Shown here: positions 10,172-19,963 of the stretch, in pieces
Layout: each line of letters begins with the position of its first letter
Numbering within the stretch: position 1 is the stretch's first letter
Assembly (NCBI GenBank): GCA_031256515.1
Contig: JAIRQL010000100.1
Location: 19,113-83,112 of the forward strand
Origin: Alphaproteobacteria bacterium
GTDB taxonomy: Bacteria; Pseudomonadota; Alphaproteobacteria; WRAU01; Hepatincolaceae
Length of the DNA: 64,000 bases
Reading direction: 5' to 3'
Notes under the pieces: model-generated
Told to the model about the DNA's origin: nothing
What the model saw: the letters and a program-made list of their open reading frames with translations, nothing else
The model's database searches: none
Program-made: the position numbers and the translations under genes

Positions 10172-12046
10172 TTACTTCTTCTGCTTTTTAATATAGGCTA
10201 ATAGGGCGATGGCGGAAGAAGGAGTAGCTCCACGAATTCTTAAGGCTGCACCTATGGTTGCAGGTTTAATTTTATTAAATTTTTCCACAAGTTCACTAGA
10301 AAGTCCATCTACTTGTAAATAATCAATATCTTCTGGGATATTAAGATTCTCTTCCTTTTTAAACAAAGCAATTTCTTCCTCTTGTTTTTTTAGATAATGA
10401 TAATATTTACAGTCAGTATTTATAACCTCCATAATATCTTTTGGAATATCTTTTAGTTCCTCCCAAATATTAGCTAAATCTTGAAAGTTAACCGTATTAA
10501 AAGAAAGTATCTCTAAAGCATTTCTTTTAATCCCATCTTGATTCATATGAATTCCAGCTTTTATTAACATTTGAGGAGTTGCAATTAATCCTTGCATAAT
10601 ATCTTTATACTTATTGATTAAATTCATTTTAGCCAAAAATTTATCATTCCTTTCAATAGAAACACAACCAGCTATAAAACCTTTAGCAGTTAATCTTCTA
10701 TCGGCATTATCGGCTCGCAACATCATACGATACTCTGCCCTACTGCTAAACATTCTGTAAGGTTCGCTAACTCCTTGATGGATTAAATCATCTATCATTA
10801 CCCCAATGTAAGATTCATCACGACCAAGTACGAATTTTTTTAAACTACCATCATTTTCTTTAATTTCTAAAGATTTTAAAGCCGCATTAATTCCAGCTAC
10901 TAAGCCTTGACCTGCTGCTTCTTCGTATCCTGTTGTACCATTAATTTGACCCGCTAAAAACAAATTTTTAACCTTATGAGTTTCTAAGGTATTAGCTAAT
11001 TCTTGTGGGTTTACATAATCGTACTCTATGGCATAGCCAAATCGTAAAATCTCTACACTTTCTAAGCCTTTCATAGAGCGAATGAATTTTTCTTGAACTT
11101 CTTCTGGTAGCGATGTGGATATACCATTAGGATACACCGTATCATCGTCTAACCCTTCTGGCTCTAAAAATATTTGGTGTTTGTTTTTATCGGCAAATCT
11201 AACCACTTTATCTTCTATAGAAGGACAATAGCGAGGACCAACTCCCGAAATATTACCACTATACATTGCCGATTTTTTAATATTATCTTTAATTATTTGA
11301 TGGGTTATTTCGTTAGTTTCGGTAATATAGCAAGATATTTGGGGTATATCTATTTTATCATTTAAAAATGAAAAAGGCTTTGGCTCAATATCCGCATCTT
11401 GTCTTTGCAAAACTGACCAGTTGATAGTTTTACCATTTAAACGGGCAGGTGTACCAGTTTTTAGCCTTGCTACCTCAAAATTTTGATTTTTTAAAAATTC
11501 ACTTAAACCAAGCGAAGGATTAGCCCCATATCTGCCACCAGGATAGTTTTTTGTTCCTATATGAATAACACCATTAAGAAAAGTTCCAGTGGTTAAAATC
11601 ACCGATTTTGTAGGTATTTTTTCACCGTTGCTTAAAACAACAGCTTCTATTATGCCATTATTAAGGATTATATTTTCTGCTGATCCTTCTAGAATAGTTA
11701 AATTATATTTTTTTTGATATTCTGATAATGTTTCACGTGAAACATTTTTATAAAGTTTTCTATCTGCTTGTGAACGAGGACCTTGAACCGCTGCCCCTTT
11801 AGAGGCATTAAGAACTCTAAATTGAATGCCAGATCTATCTATAATTCTACCCATTAAACCATCAAGAGCATCAATTTCTCTAACTATATGCCCTTTACCT
11901 AAGCCTCCAATTGCAGGATTACAAGACATTTGACCTATATCATCTAAATTAAGAGTAATAAGAAGAGCTTTAGCACCAACCTTAGCCGCCGCCGCTACTG
12001 CCTCTACTCCTGCATGCCCGCCACCAATAACTACTACATCATACAT
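10172..12046 (-). CDS. mnmG: tRNA uridine-5-carboxymethylaminomethyl modification enzyme MnmG/GidA (start ATG 12046)
   Basis: VIGGGHAGVEA, MSCNPAIGG, GPRYCPSIEDK, AGQINGTTGYEEAAGQG. Confidence 0.97.
   Translation of the reverse strand: MYDVVVIGGGHAGVEAVAAAAKVGAKALLITLNLDDIGQMSCNPAIGGLGKGHIVREIDALDGLMGRIIDRSGIQFRVLNASKGAAVQGPRSQADRKLYKNVSRETLSEYQKKYNLTILEGSAENIILNNGIIEAVVLSNGEKIPTKSVILTTGTFLNGVIHIGTKNYPGGRYGANPSLGLSEFLKNQNFEVARLKTGTPARLNGKTINWSVLQRQDADIEPKPFSFLNDKIDIPQISCYITETNEITHQIIKDNIKKSAMYSGNISGVGPRYCPSIEDKVVRFADKNKHQIFLEPEGLDDDTVYPNGISTSLPEEVQEKFIRSMKGLESVEILRFGYAIEYDYVNPQELANTLETHKVKNLFLAGQINGTTGYEEAAGQGLVAGINAALKSLEIKENDGSLKKFVLGRDESYIGVMIDDLIHQGVSEPYRMFSSRAEYRMMLRADNADRRLTAKGFIAGCVSIERNDKFLAKMNLINKYKDIMQGLIATPQMLIKAGIHMNQDGIKRNALEILSFNTVNFQDLANIWEELKDIPKDIMEVINTDCKYYHYLKKQEEEIALFKKEENLNIPEDIDYLQVDGLSSELVEKFNKIKPATIGAALRIRGATPSSAIALLAYIKKQKK
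11729..11744. other. parS site inside mnmG coding sequence
   Basis: Perfect TGTTTCACGTGAAACA; read on the coding strand as N-V-S-R-E-T. Confidence 0.85.
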
Positions 12047-12061
12047 ATAAATCACCTATAA

Positions 12062-12556
12062 CTAATATCTACGAGGCTTAAATGTATAAGTTTTTTTAGT
12101 TTTTTGCTTATGAGTATTTTGTTTATAAATAGGGCGATATAAATAATCTACGAAATAGTTAAAAGCATAGTGCTTTAAAGCAATATAAGTTAAAACAAAA
12201 ACTACCCCTAAACTTATAACCGCTGTAAAAGTTCTATCAATCCCTAATAAGCCACTTAAAAAAGCCATAAGGAATAAATTTACAAAAAAAGCTCCAGCTA
12301 GAACTATTATGGTTTTAATATATTCTGGCAGTGGAGCTACTCTTGTGTTAAATACAAAAAACCTAAACATACAGTAAGAAAAGCTAGCAGGAACAATAAA
12401 ATTGATAAACACTGCCATGTAATAAGAGTTTTTAAAATACATACCAAAAAACAAACTAACATAAAACAAATAAGCTACTAAAGAGTTTATTAGGGTAATA
12501 AGAGTATATCTTATTGTAATTGGTATTTTAAAATAGGTTTCAGCAATGTTTTTCAT
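12062..12556 (-). CDS. GtrA-family protein
   Basis: 4 TM segments, RYTLITLINSLVAY, FFVF motif, basic C-terminal tail; adjacent to a second GtrA and to GtrB. Confidence 0.7.
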   Translation of the reverse strand: MKNIAETYFKIPITIRYTLITLINSLVAYLFYVSLFFGMYFKNSYYMAVFINFIVPASFSYCMFRFFVFNTRVAPLPEYIKTIIVLAGAFFVNLFLMAFLSGLLGIDRTFTAVISLGVVFVLTYIALKHYAFNYFVDYLYRPIYKQNTHKQKTKKTYTFKPRRY

Positions 12557-12621
12557 TTTAATCTCTAGTATCCTTTATAGTATAAGAGTATATTATATCT
12601 TAATTATAGGGAAATAAAAAT

Positions 12622-13056
12622 TTATTTATCTGTATTGGTATCTCTTTTTTTAAATGCAAATATCTTTAAAACAAAATAAGTGATAATTGGCATAATAATA
12701 ACGGCAATACCTTGCCCCATGTAGGCAGACATTCCATACATATTGATAGTTATAAATAATATTAAGTAATTTACCGGATATAAGAAAGCATAAGATATAT
12801 AAGTAGAAACCCCTTCTTGTAGCCAATTACCTTTGGTTTTAAATACAAAAATCTTAAAAAGAATAAAATTATTAAGTATTCCAACAATAAAAGCAAATAT
12901 TAAAATGATAGCATAGTGAAGATTATTGCCCCAAAGGTAATAAAAGAGTGAGAATACAAGCCATCCAAAAACAGTATTGTAGCCACCTACTATAATAAAC
13001 CTAATAAATTGCGGAAAGTTGCACCAAATGTTGTATACTTTTTTTATTGTTTCCAT
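12622..13056 (-). CDS. gtrA: GtrA-family bactoprenol-linked sugar translocase
   Basis: QFIRFIIVGGYNTVFG, 4 TM segments, FVFK motif. Confidence 0.85.
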   Translation of the reverse strand: METIKKVYNIWCNFPQFIRFIIVGGYNTVFGWLVFSLFYYLWGNNLHYAIILIFAFIVGILNNFILFKIFVFKTKGNWLQEGVSTYISYAFLYPVNYLILFITINMYGMSAYMGQGIAVIIMPIITYFVLKIFAFKKRDTNTDK

Positions 13057-13076
13057 TGTTTGCCTCTATGGTGTTG

Positions 13077-14027
13077 TTAGTAAAAGTTGTTAATATTATC
13101 TTTGTTTATTATTTCATTAATTACCGAATTTGGCGAGCCTTTTATTTCATCAAAAATTCTTGAAATATACTCTCCTAAAAGCCCCATAAATAAAAATTGA
13201 ATGCCAAAAAGAAATAGTATAGATACCATAATAGAAGGGTATCCTCTTATAGAATTACCAAAAACTAATTTATCAATAACTATTACTATTCCATATATAA
13301 AAGCAACGGAAGCTAATATAAATCCAAAAACACTTGACAATCTAAGTGGCAAAGATGTTGTGTTAAAAATTCCATCTAAAGCTAATTTAAATAGTTTAAA
13401 ATAGTTAAATTTAGTTTTACCAAAAGCTCTTTTTTCTCTTTTATAAGAAACTTCAATCTGTGAAAAGCCAACCACATGGTAAATTCCTTTCATAAAAAGG
13501 TGTTTATTATTAATTTTAGCAATACTATTAATTACTTTTCTATCTAGTAATCTAAAATCACCAGCATTAAAAGGGATTTTAATTCCAGAAATTAAGTTAT
13601 AGAATTTATAAAACAAAGAAGATGTTTTTTTCTTTAAAAAGCTATCAGTATCTCGGTTGTTTCTAACTCCATAAACCATATTATAGCCTTGTTGCCATAA
13701 AGATATAAAATCCTTTATTATATAAAGGGGATCTTGTAAATCTACATCACAAATAATGCAAGCATCAGCTTTGGTATTTTTAATTCCAGCCATAATTGCT
13801 TGCTCTTTACCAAAATTTTTAGAAAAATCTATTAAAGATACATTGCCATATTTTCTTATAGCTTGTAAAATAAGGAGTTTAGTATTATCACTACTACCAT
13901 CATTTATAAAACAGTAAGTAAACGAAACACTAGGGATATCTTTAATTACCTTATTGCATTCCTCAATAAAGTTAAAAATATTTTCTTCCTCATTGTATAC
14001 TGGTAGTAATATTTCTATGGTTTTCAT
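13077..14027 (-). CDS. gtrB: GT2 bactoprenol glycosyltransferase (GtrB-like)
   Basis: LPVYNEE, NDGSSD, FSKNFGKEQA, DVDLQDP, GDFRLLDR, two C-terminal TM helices. Confidence 0.9.
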   Translation of the reverse strand: MKTIEILLPVYNEEENIFNFIEECNKVIKDIPSVSFTYCFINDGSSDNTKLLILQAIRKYGNVSLIDFSKNFGKEQAIMAGIKNTKADACIICDVDLQDPLYIIKDFISLWQQGYNMVYGVRNNRDTDSFLKKKTSSLFYKFYNLISGIKIPFNAGDFRLLDRKVINSIAKINNKHLFMKGIYHVVGFSQIEVSYKREKRAFGKTKFNYFKLFKLALDGIFNTTSLPLRLSSVFGFILASVAFIYGIVIVIDKLVFGNSIRGYPSIMVSILFLFGIQFLFMGLLGEYISRIFDEIKGSPNSVINEIINKDNINNFY

Positions 14028-15451
14028 GGCTTATTATTTTTTTTTTCTATTATTTTGTACTCTGTTGAATCATCGTCAGTAATTTCAAATTTTAAATCTG
14101 GATGACCTCCACTATACTTTTTAACTGCATTTTCACAGTAAGGAACTGCCCAATCTGCATAAAAACATCTAATAATAAAATCTCTCTCACTTTTTGGAAT
14201 TTTTAATATCAAATTATTACCTTTTTTTAAAGGATAATCATGAGTGCTTGCTATATTTTTAATTAATTTATAGTAGGTTTTATCAATATCATTTATATAT
14301 TTATATTTAATAATAGTTTTATTTAATAAGATAAATGAGAAAATAAAAAACACTATGAAATATATGGAATTTACAATTATAACATTAGTTCTTTTATTAA
14401 AAATAGCAAATATTAAATTTAAAAAGATTACACAAAAACATAATATTAAAAACAAACTTAATGTAAATTTACCTATTCCACCTGCTCACCAATCAGTCTT
14501 ACTAGCAAATATAAGAGGTATTCCTAAGTATAGGCAGATTAAAAAAGAAATTTTAATAAATTTTTCATTAATAAAAAAATTAAGTAATTTTTTGTATAAT
14601 AAAAAAAGTGAGAATAAAACAAATAAAATTAAAAATAATAAAAATAACTTATTGTTAATATGAAAAACATTATTAATATCAAATAATGATAGTTTATATC
14701 TGTGAGGATAAAGATTAAAAAAATTCTCATCCATATCAATTAATTTTCTTGATCTAATTTCAGATGAAAATAAGATTACAGAAACAAAACCAAAAATCCC
14801 AAAAATTATACCATTTATACTCCACAGAGGTATCCTTTTATTCTTCAAATAATAAAATAAAACCGATAAACCCATCATTCCTAAAAAAATAGGCACAGAA
14901 ACATACGAGTTCATAAAAGATGTAAAATATACAACAGGAACTAATAAAAATATAATCCACTTATTATTAATAATATTTTTATTATAAAATAAATAAAAAT
15001 ATGGGATAAATACTAACAACAGTAAAACATTTCCAAATAAATGATTTAATGATCCAGATACCCACAAAGATAATTCTACAAACATGAATAATGATTGAAT
15101 ACTAACCCATAAAACAAATATTATAAAAATAAAAAATATATCTTTGTAAGATTTAGGTAGCTTTGTAAAAGAATAAAAGAAAACTAAATTAATAAATATA
15201 ATATGAACTATAGAGATAAATATATTATAATATATTTTATCAAATCTTAAAAAGATTATAGATAGAGTCTCTCCAACTCTTGCATTCCATTCCATTGATT
15301 GGATAATGCTTCTATTATAAATAATTTTACCTATATCATCTATAAAGTTTAGTGGAAAAATAGAGTTAAAATAATAAAAATACATAAATATAAGTATATT
15401 AAGTATTATAAAGCTGATTAATACTTTTATATCTAAATTATTTTTTAACAT
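14024..15451 (-). pseudogene. GtrC-type (DUF6056-like) membrane glycosyltransferase interrupted by one in-frame TGA at 14486-14488
   Basis: Track ORFs 14486-15463 and 14024-14455 are in the same frame; read-through gives a protein of almost the same length as the intact 477-aa paralog upstream and aligned with it to the C-terminus (KFEITDDDSTEYKIIE vs KFEITNDDSLEYKIIE). Confidence 0.8.
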
Positions 15452-16871
15452 TTGTTCTTTCAATTATTTTATACTCTAATGAATCATCATTAGTAATTTC
15501 AAATTTAGTATTAAGATTCCCACCATAAAATTTTATCATAGATTTACCACACCAGTTATAAGCATCATCAATTAAACAACCCATATAAAAATCTTCTTTT
15601 ATTAAAATAACTAATTCACTATCTTTTGGATAACTTTTAGTTTCTTTAATTAAACTATTAATTTTTAAAATATTATTACTTAAATCTACAACCTGCTTAT
15701 TATGATGAATAGTTTTTATTATTAATAAACCTAAAAAAATTAAACCTATTAATCCCATAAATAAATATTTTATTTTACTGTTAGTTAATTTATTAAATAG
15801 GAGTTCAATGCAAACAATAAAGAACATTATGGCTAAAAATCTATTAAATACTATATTTCTTTCAGCTATCCAAGGTCCAACTGTTAATATGATAATACTA
15901 CCAAAATATAAACTAAAGATTAAAAAAATTTTAATAAAAGTTTCATTTTTCAAGATCCTTATATCTTTTCTAAAAATTAATACACACAATATATATGTTA
16001 TAAAAATCAATAATATCAATAAGAATAATTTATAATTTATATATAAATATTTGTTAATAAGTATAAAATTATAACGATAAACATGAAAATCTTTTATTAT
16101 ACTTTTTTCAACCGTCCCTGTTTGAGATGAAAGTATAAGAACACATAAAAACCCTAAAAATCCTGAGATAATTCCAACAATAGACCAAACTGGAATTTTT
16201 TTGTTTTTAAAATAATAAAATAAAACCGATAAACCCATCATTCCTAAAAATAAAGGCACAGAAGTATATGAGTTCATAAAAGATATAAAATATATAATTG
16301 GAACTAATAAAAATATAACCCAATTATTCTTAATAATATTTTTATTATAAAACAAATAAAAATATGGGATAAATACTAACAACAGTAAAACATTTCCAAA
16401 TAAATGATTTAATGTACTTGCTACCCATAAACTATTTTCAGAAAAAATTATTTGTAAAGAAATATATAAAACAAAAATAATAAACAAATAAAATACATCT
16501 TTATATCTACTAGGAGATTTAGAGAAAGAATAGAAAAATACTAAATTTATAAAAACAATATTTATAAATGAAATAAAAACATCATAATAAAACTTATCAA
16601 AATATTTAAATATATAAGATAATGACTCTCCTATTCTGGCATTCCAATGCAATGAATTTTTAACATGATTATAAATTAGTTCTATCTTTGAAAAATCAAG
16701 ATTTTTAGCAATTAAATACTCAGAAGTGTTTACATAATCATCATTAAATAAAGGAAAAATGGAACTAAAATAATAGAAGTATATAAATATTAATATATTT
16801 ATAGATACATACAAAAGCCAAAATACTTTTTTATTTTCTTCAAAGTTATTTACCAATGCAGAACTTCCCAA
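15438..16871 (-). CDS. GtrC-type (DUF6056-like) polytopic membrane glycosyltransferase, intact paralog (true start probably a TTG overlapping the mnmE stop)
   Basis: FPLFNDD, WNARIGE, LWVASTLNHL motifs; many TM segments; family name recalled, not searched. Confidence 0.65.
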   Translation of the reverse strand: MGSSALVNNFEENKKVFWLLYVSINILIFIYFYYFSSIFPLFNDDYVNTSEYLIAKNLDFSKIELIYNHVKNSLHWNARIGESLSYIFKYFDKFYYDVFISFINIVFINLVFFYSFSKSPSRYKDVFYLFIIFVLYISLQIIFSENSLWVASTLNHLFGNVLLLLVFIPYFYLFYNKNIIKNNWVIFLLVPIIYFISFMNSYTSVPLFLGMMGLSVLFYYFKNKKIPVWSIVGIISGFLGFLCVLILSSQTGTVEKSIIKDFHVYRYNFILINKYLYINYKLFLLILLIFITYILCVLIFRKDIRILKNETFIKIFLIFSLYFGSIIILTVGPWIAERNIVFNRFLAIMFFIVCIELLFNKLTNSKIKYLFMGLIGLIFLGLLIIKTIHHNKQVVDLSNNILKINSLIKETKSYPKDSELVILIKEDFYMGCLIDDAYNWCGKSMIKFYGGNLNTKFEITNDDSLEYKIIERTNVKK

Positions 16872-18165
16872 ATATGATGTCTAGTATATCTTCAATATCA
16901 GTTTTTCCTAGAATTTTGCCGATATTATTTAAAGCATTTCTTAGGTGAAAGGCTGAGATTATTATATCATGATTATTATCTAGTGAAAGTTTAATCTCGC
17001 TAAGGCAATTTTGCAGAATTTCATTATGTCTTTCTTGTAAAACTACTGGGTTTTCATAGGTTGCTGTAATTTCAGATAGTTTTTTTATTAAATCATTTTC
17101 AAACTTATCAAGCCCTATTTTTTCTGCCACCGAAACTAAATAAGCATTATTAATTTTTCTAACATTAGGATTTACATCAATTTTATTAATTAACAAAAAA
17201 GTGTCTTCATCTATGAAATCTTTAATGTTATTATAAGAATCTTCAAAATTTGTAGCATCTAGCATAATTATTTTAATATCGCTATTTTGCGATTTTTTAA
17301 TTGCCCGTATTACACCTTCTTTTTCTATTTCGTCAGTTGTATCTCTAATACCTGCAGTATCAGCAATTACAACCGGAAATCCACCAATATCTAAAAATAC
17401 TTCTATAACATCACGAGTTGTTCCAGCAATATTAGAAACTATTGCTACATCACGGTTAGATAAATAATTAATTAATGAAGATTTCCCAACATTAGGGCTT
17501 CCTAATATAGCTACAACTATTCCATCTTTAAGTTTTTTAATTTTCTTACCATTGATGATTTCTTTTTCCATCTCAGTAATAAGTAAGCTAATATTATTAT
17601 TAACTATAGAATAGGTCTCTTCTGGAATATCTTCATCAGAAAAATCTATGGTTGCCTCTAACAAGGCTACGATTTCTTTAAGTTTTTCTCCCCACTGAAT
17701 ATACTTACTACCTACCTCTCCTTGTAATTCCCTCAACGATTGTTTTCTTTGATTTGAGGTTTGAGAGGCAATTAAATCGGCAATACCCTCAGCTTGGATT
17801 AAATCTAGTTTACCATTTTCTAAAGCCCGTCTTGTAAATTCACCTGGTTCAGCCATGCGATGATCTGCCATTTGTGAAAGAGTACTTAGGAGGTCTTTAA
17901 TTACTGCCAGTGAACCATGAATATGATACTCCACAAGAGTTTCACCAGTATAGCTTTTACCTTCTTCAAAGTAAAGAACTAGAGCATTATCCAGTAAGTC
18001 GCCATTTTTATCGTAGATATTACAGTGATGAGCTTTTTGGGGAGTGAATTTATCTTTTTTCGTTATGATTTTTAAACTATTAAATGCTTCTCTACCAGAT
18101 ACCCGCACAATAGCAATTGCAGAGGATACAAAAGCGGTAGATAAAGCATAAATAGTGTGTTTCAT
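16846..18165 (-). CDS. mnmE: tRNA modification GTPase MnmE/TrmE
   Basis: AIVRVSG, SYTGE, GEFTRRALENGKLDL, GSPNVGKSS, DTAG, C-terminal FGKFCIGK. Confidence 0.97.
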   Translation of the reverse strand: MKHTIYALSTAFVSSAIAIVRVSGREAFNSLKIITKKDKFTPQKAHHCNIYDKNGDLLDNALVLYFEEGKSYTGETLVEYHIHGSLAVIKDLLSTLSQMADHRMAEPGEFTRRALENGKLDLIQAEGIADLIASQTSNQRKQSLRELQGEVGSKYIQWGEKLKEIVALLEATIDFSDEDIPEETYSIVNNNISLLITEMEKEIINGKKIKKLKDGIVVAILGSPNVGKSSLINYLSNRDVAIVSNIAGTTRDVIEVFLDIGGFPVVIADTAGIRDTTDEIEKEGVIRAIKKSQNSDIKIIMLDATNFEDSYNNIKDFIDEDTFLLINKIDVNPNVRKINNAYLVSVAEKIGLDKFENDLIKKLSEITATYENPVVLQERHNEILQNCLSEIKLSLDNNHDIIISAFHLRNALNNIGKILGKTDIEDILDIIFGKFCIGK

Positions 18166-18167
18166 TT

Positions 18168-19439
18168 TTACGAATTCATGTTTTGGAAGAAATCTTCATT
18201 AGTTTTATAAAGTTTCATTTTATCAAGTAAAAATTCCATAGAATCATTAGCACCCATTTGCAATAAAATTCTTCTTAATACCCACATTCTTTGTAGAGTA
18301 TTAGCATCTAGGAGTAATTCTTCTTTTCTAGTACCAGATTTAGTAATATCTATAGATGGGAAAACTCTTTTATCAGATAATTTTCTATCTAAAACTATTT
18401 CCGCATTACCTGTACCTTTAAATTCCTCAAAAATAACTTCATCCATTCTTGAGCCAGTTTCTACAAGAGCTGTTGAAATTATGGTTAAAGAACCACCGTC
18501 TTCAATATTTCTAGCTGCTCCAAAGAATCTTTTAGGCTTTTGTAAAGCATTAGCATCTACCCCACCAGTTAATACTTTACCACTTGATGGCACAACAGTA
18601 TTATAAGCACGGGCTAATCTTGTGATAGAATCTAATAAAATTACCACATCTTTTTTATTTTCAACAAGTCTTTTAGCTTTTTCTAAAACCATTTCGGCAA
18701 CTTGAACATGTCTTGTAGCCGGTTCATCAAAGGTTGAACTTATAACTTCACCTTTAACCGACCTCATCATATCGGTAACTTCTTCTGGTCTTTCATCTAT
18801 TAATAATACTATTAAATAGCATTCAGGATGATTAGAAGATATAGAATTAGCAATATTTTGTAGCATAACTGTTTTACCAGTTCTTGGGGGAGCTACCACT
18901 AATGCTCTTTGTCCTTTACCGATAGGAGTTATTAAATCTAAAATTCTCCCTGTAAAATCTTTAGTAGAAGAATTTATTACTTCCATACAAAGGCGAGAGT
19001 CAGGATAGAGTGGGGTGAGATTATCAAAATTAATTCTTTGTTTTAAAGAGTAGGGATCTTGGAAGTTTACTTGGTTAATTTTTTGTAGAGCAAAGTATTT
19101 TTCCGAATCCTTAGGAGACCTAATTTCTCCCTCAACAGTATCACCAGTTTTTAAACCCATTTTTCTAATTTGGTTAGGAGATACATAAATATCATCTGGT
19201 CCTGGTAAGTAATTGGCTTCGCTGGAACGAAGAAAGCCATAACCATCGGCAAGAACTTCAAGAACTCCCTGTCCGATAATTGTAATTTCTTTTTCAGCTA
19301 GTTTTTTAAGGATAGAGAACATTAAGTCTTGCTTTCTTAAATCTGCAGGATTCTCTATTTCAATTTGTTTTGCAAAATCTATTAATCCAGCTAAAGAACT
19401 ATGTTTAAGTTCAGCAAGATGTTTAATATCAGTATTCAT
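18168..19439 (-). CDS. rho: Transcription termination factor Rho
   Basis: [43 protein letters not shown]. Confidence 0.98.
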   Translation of the reverse strand: MNTDIKHLAELKHSSLAGLIDFAKQIEIENPADLRKQDLMFSILKKLAEKEITIIGQGVLEVLADGYGFLRSSEANYLPGPDDIYVSPNQIRKMGLKTGDTVEGEIRSPKDSEKYFALQKINQVNFQDPYSLKQRINFDNLTPLYPDSRLCMEVINSSTKDFTGRILDLITPIGKGQRALVVAPPRTGKTVMLQNIANSISSNHPECYLIVLLIDERPEEVTDMMRSVKGEVISSTFDEPATRHVQVAEMVLEKAKRLVENKKDVVILLDSITRLARAYNTVVPSSGKVLTGGVDANALQKPKRFFGAARNIEDGGSLTIISTALVETGSRMDEVIFEEFKGTGNAEIVLDRKLSDKRVFPSIDITKSGTRKEELLLDANTLQRMWVLRRILLQMGANDSMEFLLDKMKLYKTNEDFFQNMNS

Positions 19440-19582
19440 ATATTTTTTCTCTTTGAATAGTTTATTGAAAAGGCTTGAATAAATATGTTGAGAAGTAAAC
19501 TCAATCTACATATTAAATAATTATTGAAAAAAATCAAGTTAAAAATAGACTATACTATAAATTATATCATAGGAGAAAATTA

Positions 19583-19963
19583 ATGAAAAAAGTAGTGGGT
19601 ATTGGTGGAATATTTTTTAAGTCTAAAGATAAAGAAGCATCTAAAAAATGGTATGAAAAACATTTAGGGATTCCTAACGAGGAATATGGTCATAGTTTTA
19701 TGTGGCGAAATATGGAAGATTCTAATACTGTTGGTAGAACTGTTTGGAGTATATCAGATAGTGTTTTTAAAGATAATCAAGATTATATGATTAATTACAG
19801 AGTTGAAAATTTAGTAGAGCTTTTAAGTGAGTTAAAAAAAGAAGGTGTTGAAATTATTGATGGTATTGAGGAATATCCTTATGGTAAATTTGCACATATC
19901 TTAGATTTAGATGGTAATAAGATAGAGTTATGGGAATCTGCTAAGGAGGAGGAGTCTAAATAA
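19583..19963 (+). CDS. VOC/glyoxalase-family protein
   Basis: GIGGIFFKSKD...WY..HLG, YPYGKFAHILDLDGNKIELWE; AGGAG RBS. Confidence 0.85.
   Translation: MKKVVGIGGIFFKSKDKEASKKWYEKHLGIPNEEYGHSFMWRNMEDSNTVGRTVWSISDSVFKDNQDYMINYRVENLVELLSELKKEGVEIIDGIEEYPYGKFAHILDLDGNKIELWESAKEEESK

Noticed and set aside
4217-11744. parS repeats as a CRISPR array or integron attC sites
   Set aside because: Spacing is gene-sized and irregular, no cas or intI gene, and the repeat matches the known parS consensus next to parAB.
14486-14488. Genome-wide TGA=Trp recoding or selenocysteine as explanation of the in-frame stop
   Set aside because: rluB and aroE end at TGA in ATGA overlaps, Trp is encoded by TGG in conserved motifs, and no SECIS-like hairpin or redox context is evident.
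12062-16871. Prophage carrying the gtr genes
   Set aside because: No integrase, structural or replication genes and no tRNA attachment site in the window.
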